Below are positions 1 to 9,174 of a stretch of DNA of 64,000 bases, in pieces. The DNA lies in contig CAJUMI010000001.1 of assembly GCA_910587545.1 (NCBI GenBank), positions 16,722 through 80,721 of the forward strand, in the 5' to 3' direction. The position numbers and the translations under genes are program-made. Under the pieces are notes generated by a model. The model was not told the origin of the DNA, made no database searches, and saw only the letters and a program-made list of their open reading frames with translations. Each line of letters opens with the position of its first letter. The first letter of the stretch is position 1. The DNA comes from an uncultured Muribaculaceae bacterium. GTDB lineage: Bacteria; Bacteroidota; Bacteroidia; Bacteroidales; Muribaculaceae.

Positions 1-556
1 TATCATCGCGCATACTCACTACAGGATAAAAGAGCACCTGAAAATCAGGGCGGGTCTCATCAGAGGTGTAATGTGTGGCAAGCGTGGTGGCAAGGTGGCC
101 TCCAGCCGAAGCGCCCATGATCCCGACCGAAGACGGATTGACGCCCCACTCCGCCGCATGACTGCGCATGATGCGCATTGCCTGTTCAGCATCACTGAGC
201 GGCACATCGACATGTCCGTTAGGCATACGGTATTTGAGTACGGCATAGGTTATGCCCATCGAATTTAACCAGTCGGCCATGTCCGTCCCCTCATGGTACA
301 TGGCGAGCCCCGAGTATCCGCCACCGGGCAGCATCACTATTGCCGTTCCGTTGGGTTCACTTGCCGGATAAACATATATCACCGGCTTGGAAACAGAGGT
401 GACAAACTGATTGCTTTCGGCTTCGGCGTCTGCAAGGATGCCGTTGTCGTTAGGCGCTCCATCGGGCCACAGATCAACGGCTACGGGCGGATTGGCGGCG
501 CCAAGCATAAGCGCCGAACAAACCGGAAGTAAGACTGATAAAAATAATCTGTTCAT
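1..556 (-). CDS. secreted alpha/beta hydrolase (esterase-like), partial; C-terminus lies beyond the window edge
   Basis: Reverse-strand ATG at 554-556. My translation is MNRLFLSVLLPVCSALMLGAANPP (signal peptide) ...IVMLPGGGYSGL...GIMGASAGGHLA (GxSxG nucleophile elbow). It is missing from the ORF track only because no stop codon falls inside the window. Confidence 0.8.
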   Translation of the reverse strand, partial: MNRLFLSVLLPVCSALMLGAANPPVAVDLWPDGAPNDNGILADAEAESNQFVTSVSKPVIYVYPASEPNGTAIVMLPGGGYSGLAMYHEGTDMADWLNSMGITYAVLKYRMPNGHVDVPLSDAEQAMRIMRSHAAEWGVNPSSVGIMGASAGGHLATTLATHYTSDETRPDFQVLFYPVVSMRDD

Positions 557-641
557 AATATCATGATTTAAGCGTTTTTATAATCTTAGCGGGATTGCCG
601 GCAACAACGACATCCGACGGGACATCTTTTGTCACAACGGA

Positions 642-1130
642 TCAGGCTCCGACAACAACATTGTCGCCTATCGTGACCCCCGGGAGTATGATCGCTCCGC
701 CGCCAATCCATACATTGTTTCCGATAGTGACCGGCTCGGCCCATTCCTGACGGGTGTTGCGCCCGATCGGATCAAGAGGATGGCAAGCAGTGAATATACT
801 GACGTCAGGACCTATGAACGCATTGTCACCTATCGTCACCGGAGCCTCGTCGAGAACGGTGAAATTGAAATTGGCAAAAAAACGTTCTCCGATATGGATG
901 TTGCATCCATAGTCGCATCGAAAAGGCTGATTGAAATGAAAATCTTTGCCGACCGAGCCTAAGATGGCGCGCAGCATGTCTTTCGCCTCATCGGTTTTGT
1001 CGGGATGCAGGTTGTTGTATTCCCACAAGCGGGCTCTGGTTTTGCATAGCATATCAAGCAAATGGCTGTCGAGAGCATCATATATCTCGCCATTGACCAT
1101 TTTTTCCCAGACTGAATTGTTTTCTGACAT
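642..1130 (-). CDS. maltose/galactoside O-acetyltransferase family (left-handed beta-helix), ended by an in-frame TGA; the homologous frame continues to 561
   Basis: The 162-aa ORF has hexapeptide repeats (IGDNAFIGPDV, IGNNVWIGGGAIILPGVTIGDNVVVGA) and a Maa-like N-terminus (MVNGEIYDA...). The same frame continues after the TGA at 642-644 as SVVTKDVPSDVVVAGNPAKIIKTLKS, ending at a stop at 561-563. Confidence 0.8.
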   Translation of the reverse strand: MSENNSVWEKMVNGEIYDALDSHLLDMLCKTRARLWEYNNLHPDKTDEAKDMLRAILGSVGKDFHFNQPFRCDYGCNIHIGERFFANFNFTVLDEAPVTIGDNAFIGPDVSIFTACHPLDPIGRNTRQEWAEPVTIGNNVWIGGGAIILPGVTIGDNVVVGA

Positions 1131-1143
1131 ATAGAACTGATTT

Positions 1144-1300
1144 ATTTCAAAATGTTAAAACCCAAACTGACTGCGACCTTATCGTTAACCTTTTGGCTTG
1201 TTTTTGGTCGCTTTCTTCTCTTTTATCGGTCACGATGAAACCCAATCGTTCCCTACTCTAAAAGATTGAAATCGCCACAAAACCAATTTCAAAATGTTAA
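1144..1300. repeat. two exact copies of the 15-mer ATTTCAAAATGTTAA (1144-1158 and 1286-1300) in a divergent intergenic region
   Basis: Read directly from the sequence. The flanks of the two copies are unrelated. Confidence 0.9.
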
Positions 1301-1430
1301 TCTGTAATAAGTATAAGTCAGTTCATATTTATTAAACACCCTAAATGAGTTATCATCGCTAATTTCGCAAGTTTTTTCCAAATAAACAAGTTTTTTGAAA
1401 CAGCAGAACTTCAGAAACGGAAATTATGCT

Positions 1431-1438
1431 TAATTTTG
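1431..1438 (+). promoter_or_regulatory. -7 box TAATTTTG (TAnnTTTG) upstream of the GH-like gene
   Basis: Exact match to the Bacteroides -7 motif, 34 nt before the ATG at 1472. No well-spaced -33 TTTG is present. Confidence 0.35.
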
Positions 1439-1471
1439 ACGACAATATCACCTTGACAATCCTACTAAGCA

Positions 1472-3484
1472 ATGAAAAAGATATTTTGCTTTGCCTTAGG
1501 CTATGCAATGACGTTAGCTTCGTCTGCCGCCGACAGATGGACCATATTACCCGACAGTTTTGTGATCAATATGAATATTGAGGCCGACAGACTGCCACAC
1601 GCCGACCATGTAGAAATGAGCGGCAAGAAAATGGCCGTAGTGCTATACTGGTCGCTTGACAGCAATGCTACATTCGGACTCAACCGTGCGCTTGTGTTCC
1701 CTATGCTCCGAACCATACCCAACAACACACACGCCAGTCTGATGATTAACAATGACCTCGATGTAGCATCAATGATAAGGGTCAACGGCAAGGTTGCTCC
1801 GCTAAAAACGCGAAGTGTCGAAATCAACGGTATGATGAATGTCTGCGGAGAATACACCGGCACGGACGGACATGGTAAAATCGCTCTTGAGCTAAGTCGC
1901 TGTATTTCCCCGACAATGGACAACGCTGCGATGGTTGAGTCTTATACTGTCAGAAATACAGGTCCACGCCCGTTCAATCTTTTGGTTCCTGCCGTCAGTC
2001 AAAGCTATACGACCGACCCTGACAAAGGCGTCAATGGAGCATACACTGTCAAAGCAGATGTCTGCGGTGAGGGATCATATAACCTTAACCCCGGAGACAG
2101 CATTGACTTTTCACTCGTCCTGCAGGCATATCCCGCAACAGGCGGCCACGCAGTCATGCTATCGGCTCAGGACGAACTCGACAAACGCAAGGCGTTCATA
2201 GACGAACTCGACGGCAAACTTGTGCTAAATACGCCTGACAAGACTATAGATACCGAATTCCGATATGCCAAAATTCGAGGAGCGGAAAGCATATACGAAA
2301 CCAAAGGCGGCCTTATGCACGGGCCGGGCGGCGAAAGTTACTATGCAGCTTTATGGTGCAATGATCAGGCCGAATACATAAATCCGTTCTTTCCGTTCCT
2401 TGGCTACGATACAGGCAACAAATCCGCCCTTAACTGCTTCAGACATTATGCACGCTTTATGAACGATGAATACAGCCCGATCCCGAGCTCGATCATCGCC
2501 GAGGGTGACGACACCTGGAACGGTGCCGGAGACCGTGGCGACGCCGCGATGCTTGCATACGGAGCCTCGCGTTATGCACTCGCACGAGGAGACAAGGCCG
2601 AGGCCGAAGAGCTTTGGCCGCTCGTCGAATGGTGTCTGGAGTATTGTCGCCGCAAGCTCAACGATAACGGTGTTGTGCTCTCCGACCATGATGAGCTCGA
2701 AGGCCGGTTTCCGGCCGGCGATGCCAACCTGTGTACAGCCTCGCTTTATTACGACGCGCTGATATCCGCATCTTATCTTGGCAAAGAATTAGGCAAGCCC
2801 TCGCGCCAACTCACGTCCTATACGCGTCAAGCTGAAAAATTGAGAAAATCAATAGAGAACTATTTCGGCAGCAATATACAAGGTTACTCGACATACCGTT
2901 ATTACGACGGGAACGACGTGCTGCGCTCATGGATCTGCATCCCGCTTGTAATGGGCATCAACGACAGAGCCGACCAGACTGTAAAGGCCCTTTTCAGTCC
3001 CGAGATGTACACTGCCGACGGCGTGTTGACATGTCAGGGAAATCCGGTGTTCTGGGACCGCGCGACGCTTTACACTCTGCGCGGAGCGCTCTATGCCGGC
3101 TATCCCGATGAAGTCATACCGCGACTGTTCGATTTTTCACGCCGCCGTCTTTTAGGCGACCATGTACCCTACCCGGTGGAAGCATGGCCTGAAGGTAGCC
3201 AGCGCCACCTGTCGGCCGAGAGCGGACTTTTCTGCCGCATCATAACCGAAGGACTGTTCGGCATACGCCCCACAGGGTTCAGAACTTTCAAACTCAAACC
3301 CGAGCTGCCCGCCGGCTGGGACTTTGCGGAACTCAATCACATAAACGCGTTCGGATCCGATTTTGATATAACGGTCAGGCGTCTGTCGGCCAATAAGATC
3401 AAAGCCAACATCGTCAATCATAGCGACGGACACGACAGAAGCTTCACAATCCGACAGGGTGACACTATAAACGTTAAACTATAA
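1472..3484 (+). CDS. secreted glycoside-hydrolase-like protein, probable (alpha/alpha)6-barrel domain; family unresolved
   Basis: The 670-aa ORF has the signal peptide MKKIFCFALGYAMTLASSAA. The C-terminal half (YYAALWCNDQAEY, GDRGDAAMLAYG, WPLVEWCLEY, ANLCTASLYYDAL, FWDRATLYTLRG, EGLFGIRP) resembles six-hairpin glycosidases. Confidence 0.55.
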   Translation: MKKIFCFALGYAMTLASSAADRWTILPDSFVINMNIEADRLPHADHVEMSGKKMAVVLYWSLDSNATFGLNRALVFPMLRTIPNNTHASLMINNDLDVASMIRVNGKVAPLKTRSVEINGMMNVCGEYTGTDGHGKIALELSRCISPTMDNAAMVESYTVRNTGPRPFNLLVPAVSQSYTTDPDKGVNGAYTVKADVCGEGSYNLNPGDSIDFSLVLQAYPATGGHAVMLSAQDELDKRKAFIDELDGKLVLNTPDKTIDTEFRYAKIRGAESIYETKGGLMHGPGGESYYAALWCNDQAEYINPFFPFLGYDTGNKSALNCFRHYARFMNDEYSPIPSSIIAEGDDTWNGAGDRGDAAMLAYGASRYALARGDKAEAEELWPLVEWCLEYCRRKLNDNGVVLSDHDELEGRFPAGDANLCTASLYYDALISASYLGKELGKPSRQLTSYTRQAEKLRKSIENYFGSNIQGYSTYRYYDGNDVLRSWICIPLVMGINDRADQTVKALFSPEMYTADGVLTCQGNPVFWDRATLYTLRGALYAGYPDEVIPRLFDFSRRRLLGDHVPYPVEAWPEGSQRHLSAESGLFCRIITEGLFGIRPTGFRTFKLKPELPAGWDFAELNHINAFGSDFDITVRRLSANKIKANIVNHSDGHDRSFTIRQGDTINVKL

Positions 3485-3487
3485 AGC

Positions 3488-4291
3488 ATGTCCCGTGAAA
3501 TTGTAATGCTTGGCACCGGCAGCGCGTTTCCGCAGTCAAGCTATAATTCCTGCTTTCTGATACGCAGCTCGTCTTTCACAATGCTTTGCGACGCAGGAGG
3601 TGGAGCCGGAATATTCCGGCAGCTCCGAGCCGTATCGGCCGGGCCGTCCGAGATTACACACATGACGATCAGCCACTGCCACACAGACCATATATTCGGA
3701 GCCGTATGGCTGATCAGACATCTTGTAAACATATCGTCGGACAGCAGCCAGCCCAAGCGACTGGACGTATATGCCAACCGTCAGACGGCTCACGCTCTTA
3801 TGGAAATATGTCGTCTTACATTTTTGAAATCATATTACGACAGACTGAATGATGTAATCGATCTTCATGTCATAGAAACGCCATCATCAACAAAGATCGG
3901 AGACACAATTGTCAGTTTTTTTGACGTCGGATCGGAAAACGTCGACCAACTCGGGTTCAGGATGGAATTTCCGGAAGATAAATCCGTCGTATGGTTGGGC
4001 GACGAAGCTCTTACAGACCGCAACTGTGAAGAGGCCAGAGATGCCGGCTATCTTATCTGCGGTGCATTCTGCAGGTATTCCGACCGTGACATTTTCAAGC
4101 CATACGAAAAGCATCATCAGACGGTGAAGGATGTCGCTGAAATCGCCCAAAAGATGAATGTCAGAAACATGGTTTTATACCATAGTGAAGACAGGACTGA
4201 CAACAAGGAAAAACTCTACAGAGCTGAAGCCTCGGAGTATTTTGACGGTGAAGTGATCATAGCCCGGGATCTCCAGACCATACGATTATAG
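3488..4291 (+). CDS. MBL-fold metallo-hydrolase (RNase Z-like)
   Basis: The 267-aa ORF carries the HxHxDH motif (ISHCHTDHIFG). It starts 3 nt after the upstream stop. Confidence 0.8.
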   Translation: MSREIVMLGTGSAFPQSSYNSCFLIRSSSFTMLCDAGGGAGIFRQLRAVSAGPSEITHMTISHCHTDHIFGAVWLIRHLVNISSDSSQPKRLDVYANRQTAHALMEICRLTFLKSYYDRLNDVIDLHVIETPSSTKIGDTIVSFFDVGSENVDQLGFRMEFPEDKSVVWLGDEALTDRNCEEARDAGYLICGAFCRYSDRDIFKPYEKHHQTVKDVAEIAQKMNVRNMVLYHSEDRTDNKEKLYRAEASEYFDGEVIIARDLQTIRL

Positions 4292-4326
4292 TTACCTTCT
4301 TTAGTTAGCAGATCACCTGTTTTCAT

Positions 4327-4357
4327 TTTGCAGGCTTGAAAGAATTTTGTAAATTTG
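4327..4357 (+). promoter_or_regulatory. Bacteroides-type promoter TTTG-N19-TAAATTTG upstream of proS
   Basis: TTTG lies at 4327-4330 and TAAATTTG at 4350-4357. The ATG is at 4449. Confidence 0.55.
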
Positions 4358-4448
4358 CATAACTTTTCTCTACATACGGTATACAATGCTATTTGCGTGC
4401 CGGCTATCCAATCATTTATCTGATCAACAACAAGTCACAGAATAAACA

Positions 4449-5930
4449 ATGGCAATCGAACTCAAAGGCCTTACCAAACGCAAGGACAATTACTCACAGT
4501 GGTACAACGAACTCGTCGTCAAAGCAGATCTGGCCGAGCAATCGGCCGTACGCGGCTGCATGGTTATCAAACCCTACGGATATGCGATCTGGGAAAAGAT
4601 GCAGCAGACTCTTGACCGCATGTTCAAAGAAACAGGAGTCCAGAACGCGTATTTTCCATTGTTGATACCAAAATCTTTCCTTTGCCGCGAGGCCGAGCAT
4701 GTCGAAGGCTTTGCCAAAGAATGCGCGGTCGTGACTCACTACCGCCTGAAAAACGATCCCAACGGCAACGGTGTGGTCGTCGATCCCGATGCGCGTCTTG
4801 AAGAAGAACTTATCGTGCGTCCGACTTCTGAAACCATAATCTGGGGAACATACAAAAACTGGATCCACAGCTACCGTGATCTTCCCATACTCTGTAACCA
4901 ATGGGCCAACGTGATGCGGTGGGAGATGCGCACACGCATGTTCCTGCGCACGGCCGAATTCCTATGGCAGGAAGGCCACTGCGCCCACGCCACCGCCGAG
5001 GAATCAGAAACGCGCACAGTGCAGATGATCAATCTCTATGCCGATTTCGCGGAAAAATATATGGCAATGCCCGTCATCAAAGGTGTAAAAAGCGCGAACG
5101 AGCGATTTGCCGGCGCTCTCAACACCTACACTATCGAGGCCATGATGCAAGACGGAAAAGCGCTCCAGTCAGGCACCTCGCATAACCTCGGGCAGAATTT
5201 CGCAAAAGCATTCGATGTCACATTCGCCAACAAGGAGAACAAGCCTGAATATGTCTGGGCAAACTCATGGGGTGTGTCTACACGCTTGATGGGTGCGCTC
5301 ATCATGACCCACTCCGACGACAACGGCCTCGTACTTCCTCCCCATCTCGCTCCTATCCAGGTTGTCATTATCCCCATCTCAAAAAATGCCGAGCAGCTTG
5401 TCTCCATCACAGACAAAGTCATGCCGATCATCGAGCGTCTTCGCGAACTTGGCATCAGCGTCAAATATGATGATGCCGACAACAAGCGCCCGGGCTTCAA
5501 GTTCGCCGACTACGAGCTCAAGGGTGTGCCGGTGCGTCTTGCCATCGGTGCACGCGACATCGAGAACGGCACCGTCGAACTCATGCGCCGCGACACTCTC
5601 GAAAAAGAAGTACTGCCCATCGCCGGAATCGCCGATCACATCAGCACCCTTCTCGAAGACATCCAGAACAACATCTATCAGAAAGCTCTCAGGATGCGCA
5701 ACGAAAAAACATACATCTGCGACTCTTACGACGAATTCAAAGAGAAGATTGAGGACGGCGGCTTTTTCCTCTGCCACTGGGACGGCACGACCGAAACCGA
5801 AGAACGCATCAAAGAAGAGACCAAAGCCACAATCCGCTGCATCCCTCTTGACGGCGACGACACCCCCGGTGTATGTATGGTTACCGGCAAGCCTTCAGCT
5901 CGACGCGTGATCATAGCCCGAAACTACTGA
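4449..5930 (+). CDS. proS: proline--tRNA ligase (archaeal/eukaryote-like class II type)
   Basis: The 493-aa ORF starts [30 protein letters not shown]... and contains RPTSETIIW and the [13 protein letters not shown] class II core. Length and termini are typical. Confidence 0.93.
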   Translation: MAIELKGLTKRKDNYSQWYNELVVKADLAEQSAVRGCMVIKPYGYAIWEKMQQTLDRMFKETGVQNAYFPLLIPKSFLCREAEHVEGFAKECAVVTHYRLKNDPNGNGVVVDPDARLEEELIVRPTSETIIWGTYKNWIHSYRDLPILCNQWANVMRWEMRTRMFLRTAEFLWQEGHCAHATAEESETRTVQMINLYADFAEKYMAMPVIKGVKSANERFAGALNTYTIEAMMQDGKALQSGTSHNLGQNFAKAFDVTFANKENKPEYVWANSWGVSTRLMGALIMTHSDDNGLVLPPHLAPIQVVIIPISKNAEQLVSITDKVMPIIERLRELGISVKYDDADNKRPGFKFADYELKGVPVRLAIGARDIENGTVELMRRDTLEKEVLPIAGIADHISTLLEDIQNNIYQKALRMRNEKTYICDSYDEFKEKIEDGGFFLCHWDGTTETEERIKEETKATIRCIPLDGDDTPGVCMVTGKPSARRVIIARNY

Positions 5931-5931
5931 T

Positions 5932-6423
5932 ATGCCTATGCCTGACGATTCCGGACATAAGCTATCAACCGGTATCGACATATTCAGCGCCGACGTGTCA
6001 TGTTCGTTGGCGCTGCCATATGCCGACAATGGCATACAGGCCGGTTTCCCGTCGCCTGCACAGGACTACATCAGCGAATCGATCGATCTCAACCGCGAGA
6101 TCGTAAAACATCCTGCGGCCACATTCTATGGCCGCGTCGAAGGCGACTCGATGATAGAGGAAGGCATCGAACCGGGAGACATACTCGTCATCGACCGTTC
6201 GATCGAACCGTCAGACGGCGATCTGTCTGTATGCTGCATCGACGGCGAATTCACCCTGAAACGCATCAAACTCGAGCCTGACAGGGTCTGGCTTATGCCG
6301 TCCAACGAATCTTTTGATCCTATACTTGTCACACCCGACAAACGTCTTGAGATCTGGGGCGTTGTGACATATACAATCAAACAGAACAGACGTCCGCGAA
6401 AAAAACGCCGTTTCAGTTCCTGA
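5932..6423 (+). CDS. umuD: S24-family self-cleaving peptidase, UmuD-like (translesion polymerase V accessory subunit)
   Basis: QAGFPSPAQDY provides an Ala-Gly cleavage-site context. GDSMIEEG gives the catalytic Ser and FTLKRIKL the catalytic Lys. The ATG lies 1 nt after the proS stop. Confidence 0.85.
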   Translation: MPMPDDSGHKLSTGIDIFSADVSCSLALPYADNGIQAGFPSPAQDYISESIDLNREIVKHPAATFYGRVEGDSMIEEGIEPGDILVIDRSIEPSDGDLSVCCIDGEFTLKRIKLEPDRVWLMPSNESFDPILVTPDKRLEIWGVVTYTIKQNRRPRKKRRFSS

Positions 6424-6462
6424 TACGACGACCTGTCAGACTACACACACAAACCATCCGGA

Positions 6463-7740
6463 ATGATAGGGCTCATTGACTGCAATAATTTCTTTGTGTC
6501 GTGCGAGAGAGTATTTGATCCCGGCATACGCAACAAGCCTGTGGTCGTGTTCAGCAACAACGACGGCTGTGCGGTCGCCATATCAAACGAAGCCAAGACA
6601 CTCGGCATCAAACGTGGCGATCCGTTTTTCAAAATCAAAGGCATATGCCGAGCTTATGACATCCGTACTTTTTCAGGCAACCACAAACTCTACGGCGACA
6701 TGTCGACAAGAGTGATGGCTGTTCTTTCATCTACCGTTCCCGAGATTGAGATCTATTCGATCGACGAGGCGTTTATCCATCTCGACGCATTCGAAGAAAA
6801 TTCGCTTCAGGATATGGGGCGTTCTATAGTGAGGAAAGTGCGGCGACAGACAGGCATCCCTACATCCCTCGGCATAGCTCCGACCAAGACACTCGCCAAA
6901 GTGGCAGCCCGATTTGCAAAAAAACATCCCGGATATAGGTCGTGTTGCGTCATCGACAGTGAGGAGAAACGCCGCAAGGCACTTGAACTCACACCGGTGA
7001 AAGACGTATGGGGCATCGGCCGGCGTCTATACCGCACCCTTAACGACCACGGCATATATACCGCACTCCAGCTTGCCGACCTGCCCAAAGAATCCATAGT
7101 CAAACTGTTCAACGTGACCGGTGAAAAAACATGGATGGAACTTAACGGATGCCAATGCACCGAGTTCGAGCCCGAAGACAGCAGGCGTAAGCAGATGGTG
7201 TGCTCACGCTCATTCGGCAAAACGCTGAATGAATTCGACGACGTTTCGTCAGCCGTAGCCGCATTAACGAATATCGCCGGACGGAAGATACGCGAACGCT
7301 CTCTCTGCGCGGTCTCACTTTCGGTATTTCTTCACACCGACGGATTTCGTCCCGATCTTCCGCAATATCACAACTCCGCACACCGCACACTTCAGGAACC
7401 GACGGCCGACACAATGACTCTGACCGCCGTCGCCACTGATGCTCTCCGCTCTGTGTTCAAGCAGGGATTCGCATATAAAAAAGCCGGTGTAATGATCAAT
7501 GAACTGACCGACAGCAACCATATCCAGCAATCGCTTTTCGGCAACGCTGCCGATCGTGAGCGCCGGCAACGCCTCATGGCCACTGTCGATTCGATCAACA
7601 GATGTTCTATCGGGCGCGACACCATTCACACCGGCGCATATTGTCACATTGATAATTTTGTACGGCGTGAAAAACCGTCCCGACTCTTCTCCACCCGCCT
7701 CTCCGATATAATTACAATTAATTGCAATCATGGATCATAA
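6463..7740 (+). CDS. umuC: Y-family DNA polymerase, UmuC-like
   Basis: The 425-aa ORF starts MIGLIDCNNFFVSCERVFDP and contains VVFSNNDGCAVA and YSIDEAF. Confidence 0.9.
   Translation: MIGLIDCNNFFVSCERVFDPGIRNKPVVVFSNNDGCAVAISNEAKTLGIKRGDPFFKIKGICRAYDIRTFSGNHKLYGDMSTRVMAVLSSTVPEIEIYSIDEAFIHLDAFEENSLQDMGRSIVRKVRRQTGIPTSLGIAPTKTLAKVAARFAKKHPGYRSCCVIDSEEKRRKALELTPVKDVWGIGRRLYRTLNDHGIYTALQLADLPKESIVKLFNVTGEKTWMELNGCQCTEFEPEDSRRKQMVCSRSFGKTLNEFDDVSSAVAALTNIAGRKIRERSLCAVSLSVFLHTDGFRPDLPQYHNSAHRTLQEPTADTMTLTAVATDALRSVFKQGFAYKKAGVMINELTDSNHIQQSLFGNAADRERRQRLMATVDSINRCSIGRDTIHTGAYCHIDNFVRREKPSRLFSTRLSDIITINCNHGS
7653..7660 (+). promoter_or_regulatory. possible internal -7 box TAATTTTG inside the umuC 3' end, 70 nt upstream of the HU-like gene
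   Basis: Exact TAnnTTTG match, but no properly spaced -33 element. Confidence 0.3.
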
Positions 7741-8008
7741 GACTTTCATTTCCGGCCTTGCCCGACAACTCGGCAAGGATAACGACAAAACAGATAAATT
7801 GACGCAAGCGCTCACACAAGCGATAATGGATGCCGCCTCATCGCTTGACTCCGTCGCCATTCCCGGCTTCGGGCGCTTTGACACCGAGAAAAAAGACGAA
7901 TACATCGCTATCGATGAAGCCGACGGGCAGACAAAGCTGTTTCCGCCATCCATCTCTATAACATTTTCACCCGGAACAAAACTAAAAAACCGCCTCAGCC
8001 ATGAATGA
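7730..8008 (+). CDS. HU/IHF-superfamily DNA-binding-like protein
   Basis: The 92-aa ORF contains IPGFGRF...SITFSPGTKLKNRL. It overlaps the umuC end by 11 nt. Confidence 0.75.
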   Translation: MDHKTFISGLARQLGKDNDKTDKLTQALTQAIMDAASSLDSVAIPGFGRFDTEKKDEYIAIDEADGQTKLFPPSISITFSPGTKLKNRLSHE

Positions 8009-9029
8009 AATTATCGCCCTGCCGCGTCTGGCTGAAATCGTTGCCGGACTTGCGTCTGTCGACACGACAAATGCCGAAATTTTCATAAAGGCCTTCTTCG
8101 AGCACATAGAAGATTCGCTCGCAGTCAGCGAGCGCGTGACCGTCAACGGACTCGGCTCTTTCTGCCGGACAACCGATCCAGGAATGCCGATTAGATTCAT
8201 CCCTGATTCAAGACTGTCGGACATCATCAACGAACCGTTTGACATGTTCGAGCCCGTCGCCATCGGCAACACTGTTCTTGACGACATGCCTGCAGAAGAG
8301 GCTGAAAGCACGACTGAAGAACCGCCTGCCACCAACGAGCCCCAACCCGATATTACACCCGAAACGGCCGGAGAACCCGTAGAGGCCGAACCGGCCGACA
8401 CCGTCTGTCCCGACCCTGAACCGGCTGAGCCTGACGCTGAGCCGGAGATCCCGGCCGCAACTGATAACGACGAACAACCTGAAGACGATGACATCCCACA
8501 GGAATATCCGGAAAAACACGTTGAATATCAACCCAAAGGCCACAGAACGCTTTACGGCCTGCTACTTCTTTTAGGAGGCATTGCCATCGGGACCGCGATC
8601 GGATATTTTGGCAAGGACCACATCGACAACGCTTTAGCTGACAAGAGCGTCAAACAGAATACGGCTGTCACCGAAATGCCTTCTGCCGATGACATGACTA
8701 CACCTGATACTGACTCGATCGTTCCTGAAAATGAGGATACCGTTGAAATCTGCGAGACACCTCTCGAAATTAAAAAAACGGTTGTCTATGACACAATCTC
8801 CCCCACCCGCTTCCTCACAACCATGGCTCGCAAATATTATGGGAAGATGGAGTACTGGGTATTTATCTATGAGGCCAATTCCGATCGTCTCGGCAATCCC
8901 AACCGGATCAAACCGGGCACAATTTTGATCATCCCCGACGAAGACGACATATCTGCCGACGAAACGCCGGAGCAGACCCTTGACCGCGCAAAACGCCTGG
9001 GACGTGAGATATACAACCGATATGAATAG
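8001..9029 (+). CDS. membrane protein with an N-terminal HU-like domain, an acidic Pro/Glu linker, one TM helix and a C-terminal LysM-like peptidoglycan-binding domain
   Basis: HU-like region: aa 1-90 (GLGSF). PE-rich linker: aa 95-175. TM helix LYGLLLLLGGIAIGTAIGYFG: nt about 8547-8612. LysM-like region YDTISPTRFLTTMARKYYG...NPNRIKPGTILIIP: nt about 8784-8939. There is an 8-nt ATGAATGA overlap with the upstream gene. Confidence 0.7.
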   Translation: MNEIIALPRLAEIVAGLASVDTTNAEIFIKAFFEHIEDSLAVSERVTVNGLGSFCRTTDPGMPIRFIPDSRLSDIINEPFDMFEPVAIGNTVLDDMPAEEAESTTEEPPATNEPQPDITPETAGEPVEAEPADTVCPDPEPAEPDAEPEIPAATDNDEQPEDDDIPQEYPEKHVEYQPKGHRTLYGLLLLLGGIAIGTAIGYFGKDHIDNALADKSVKQNTAVTEMPSADDMTTPDTDSIVPENEDTVEICETPLEIKKTVVYDTISPTRFLTTMARKYYGKMEYWVFIYEANSDRLGNPNRIKPGTILIIPDEDDISADETPEQTLDRAKRLGREIYNRYE

Positions 9030-9174
9030 CGGATATCCATCAACCGGAATGACGTCCGAAGGCCGGCTCTCCGACGGCCAATGGTTTTCGCACAAAAAAA
9101 GTTAAAGTTTAAGACATTAAAGACTTAATAGATAAAATTAACACTCCCTTTTAATTTAGTCGTTGTTATAATTG

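Noticed and set aside
642-644. TGA might be reassigned to Gly or Trp (an alternative genetic code), which would explain the interrupted acetyltransferase.
   Set aside because: TGA terminates several conserved genes here at their expected lengths, including proS (...ARNY-TGA), umuD, uvrB and feoB. The standard code therefore applies, and this TGA is a nonsense change or an error.
5362-5910. Same-strand alternative-frame ORFs lie inside proS (182 aa, 5362-5910) and feoB (237 aa, 24815-25528).
   Set aside because: Their Ser/Thr/Pro/Arg-rich composition is typical of out-of-frame translation of coding DNA. They lie inside strongly conserved genes and have no independent start context.
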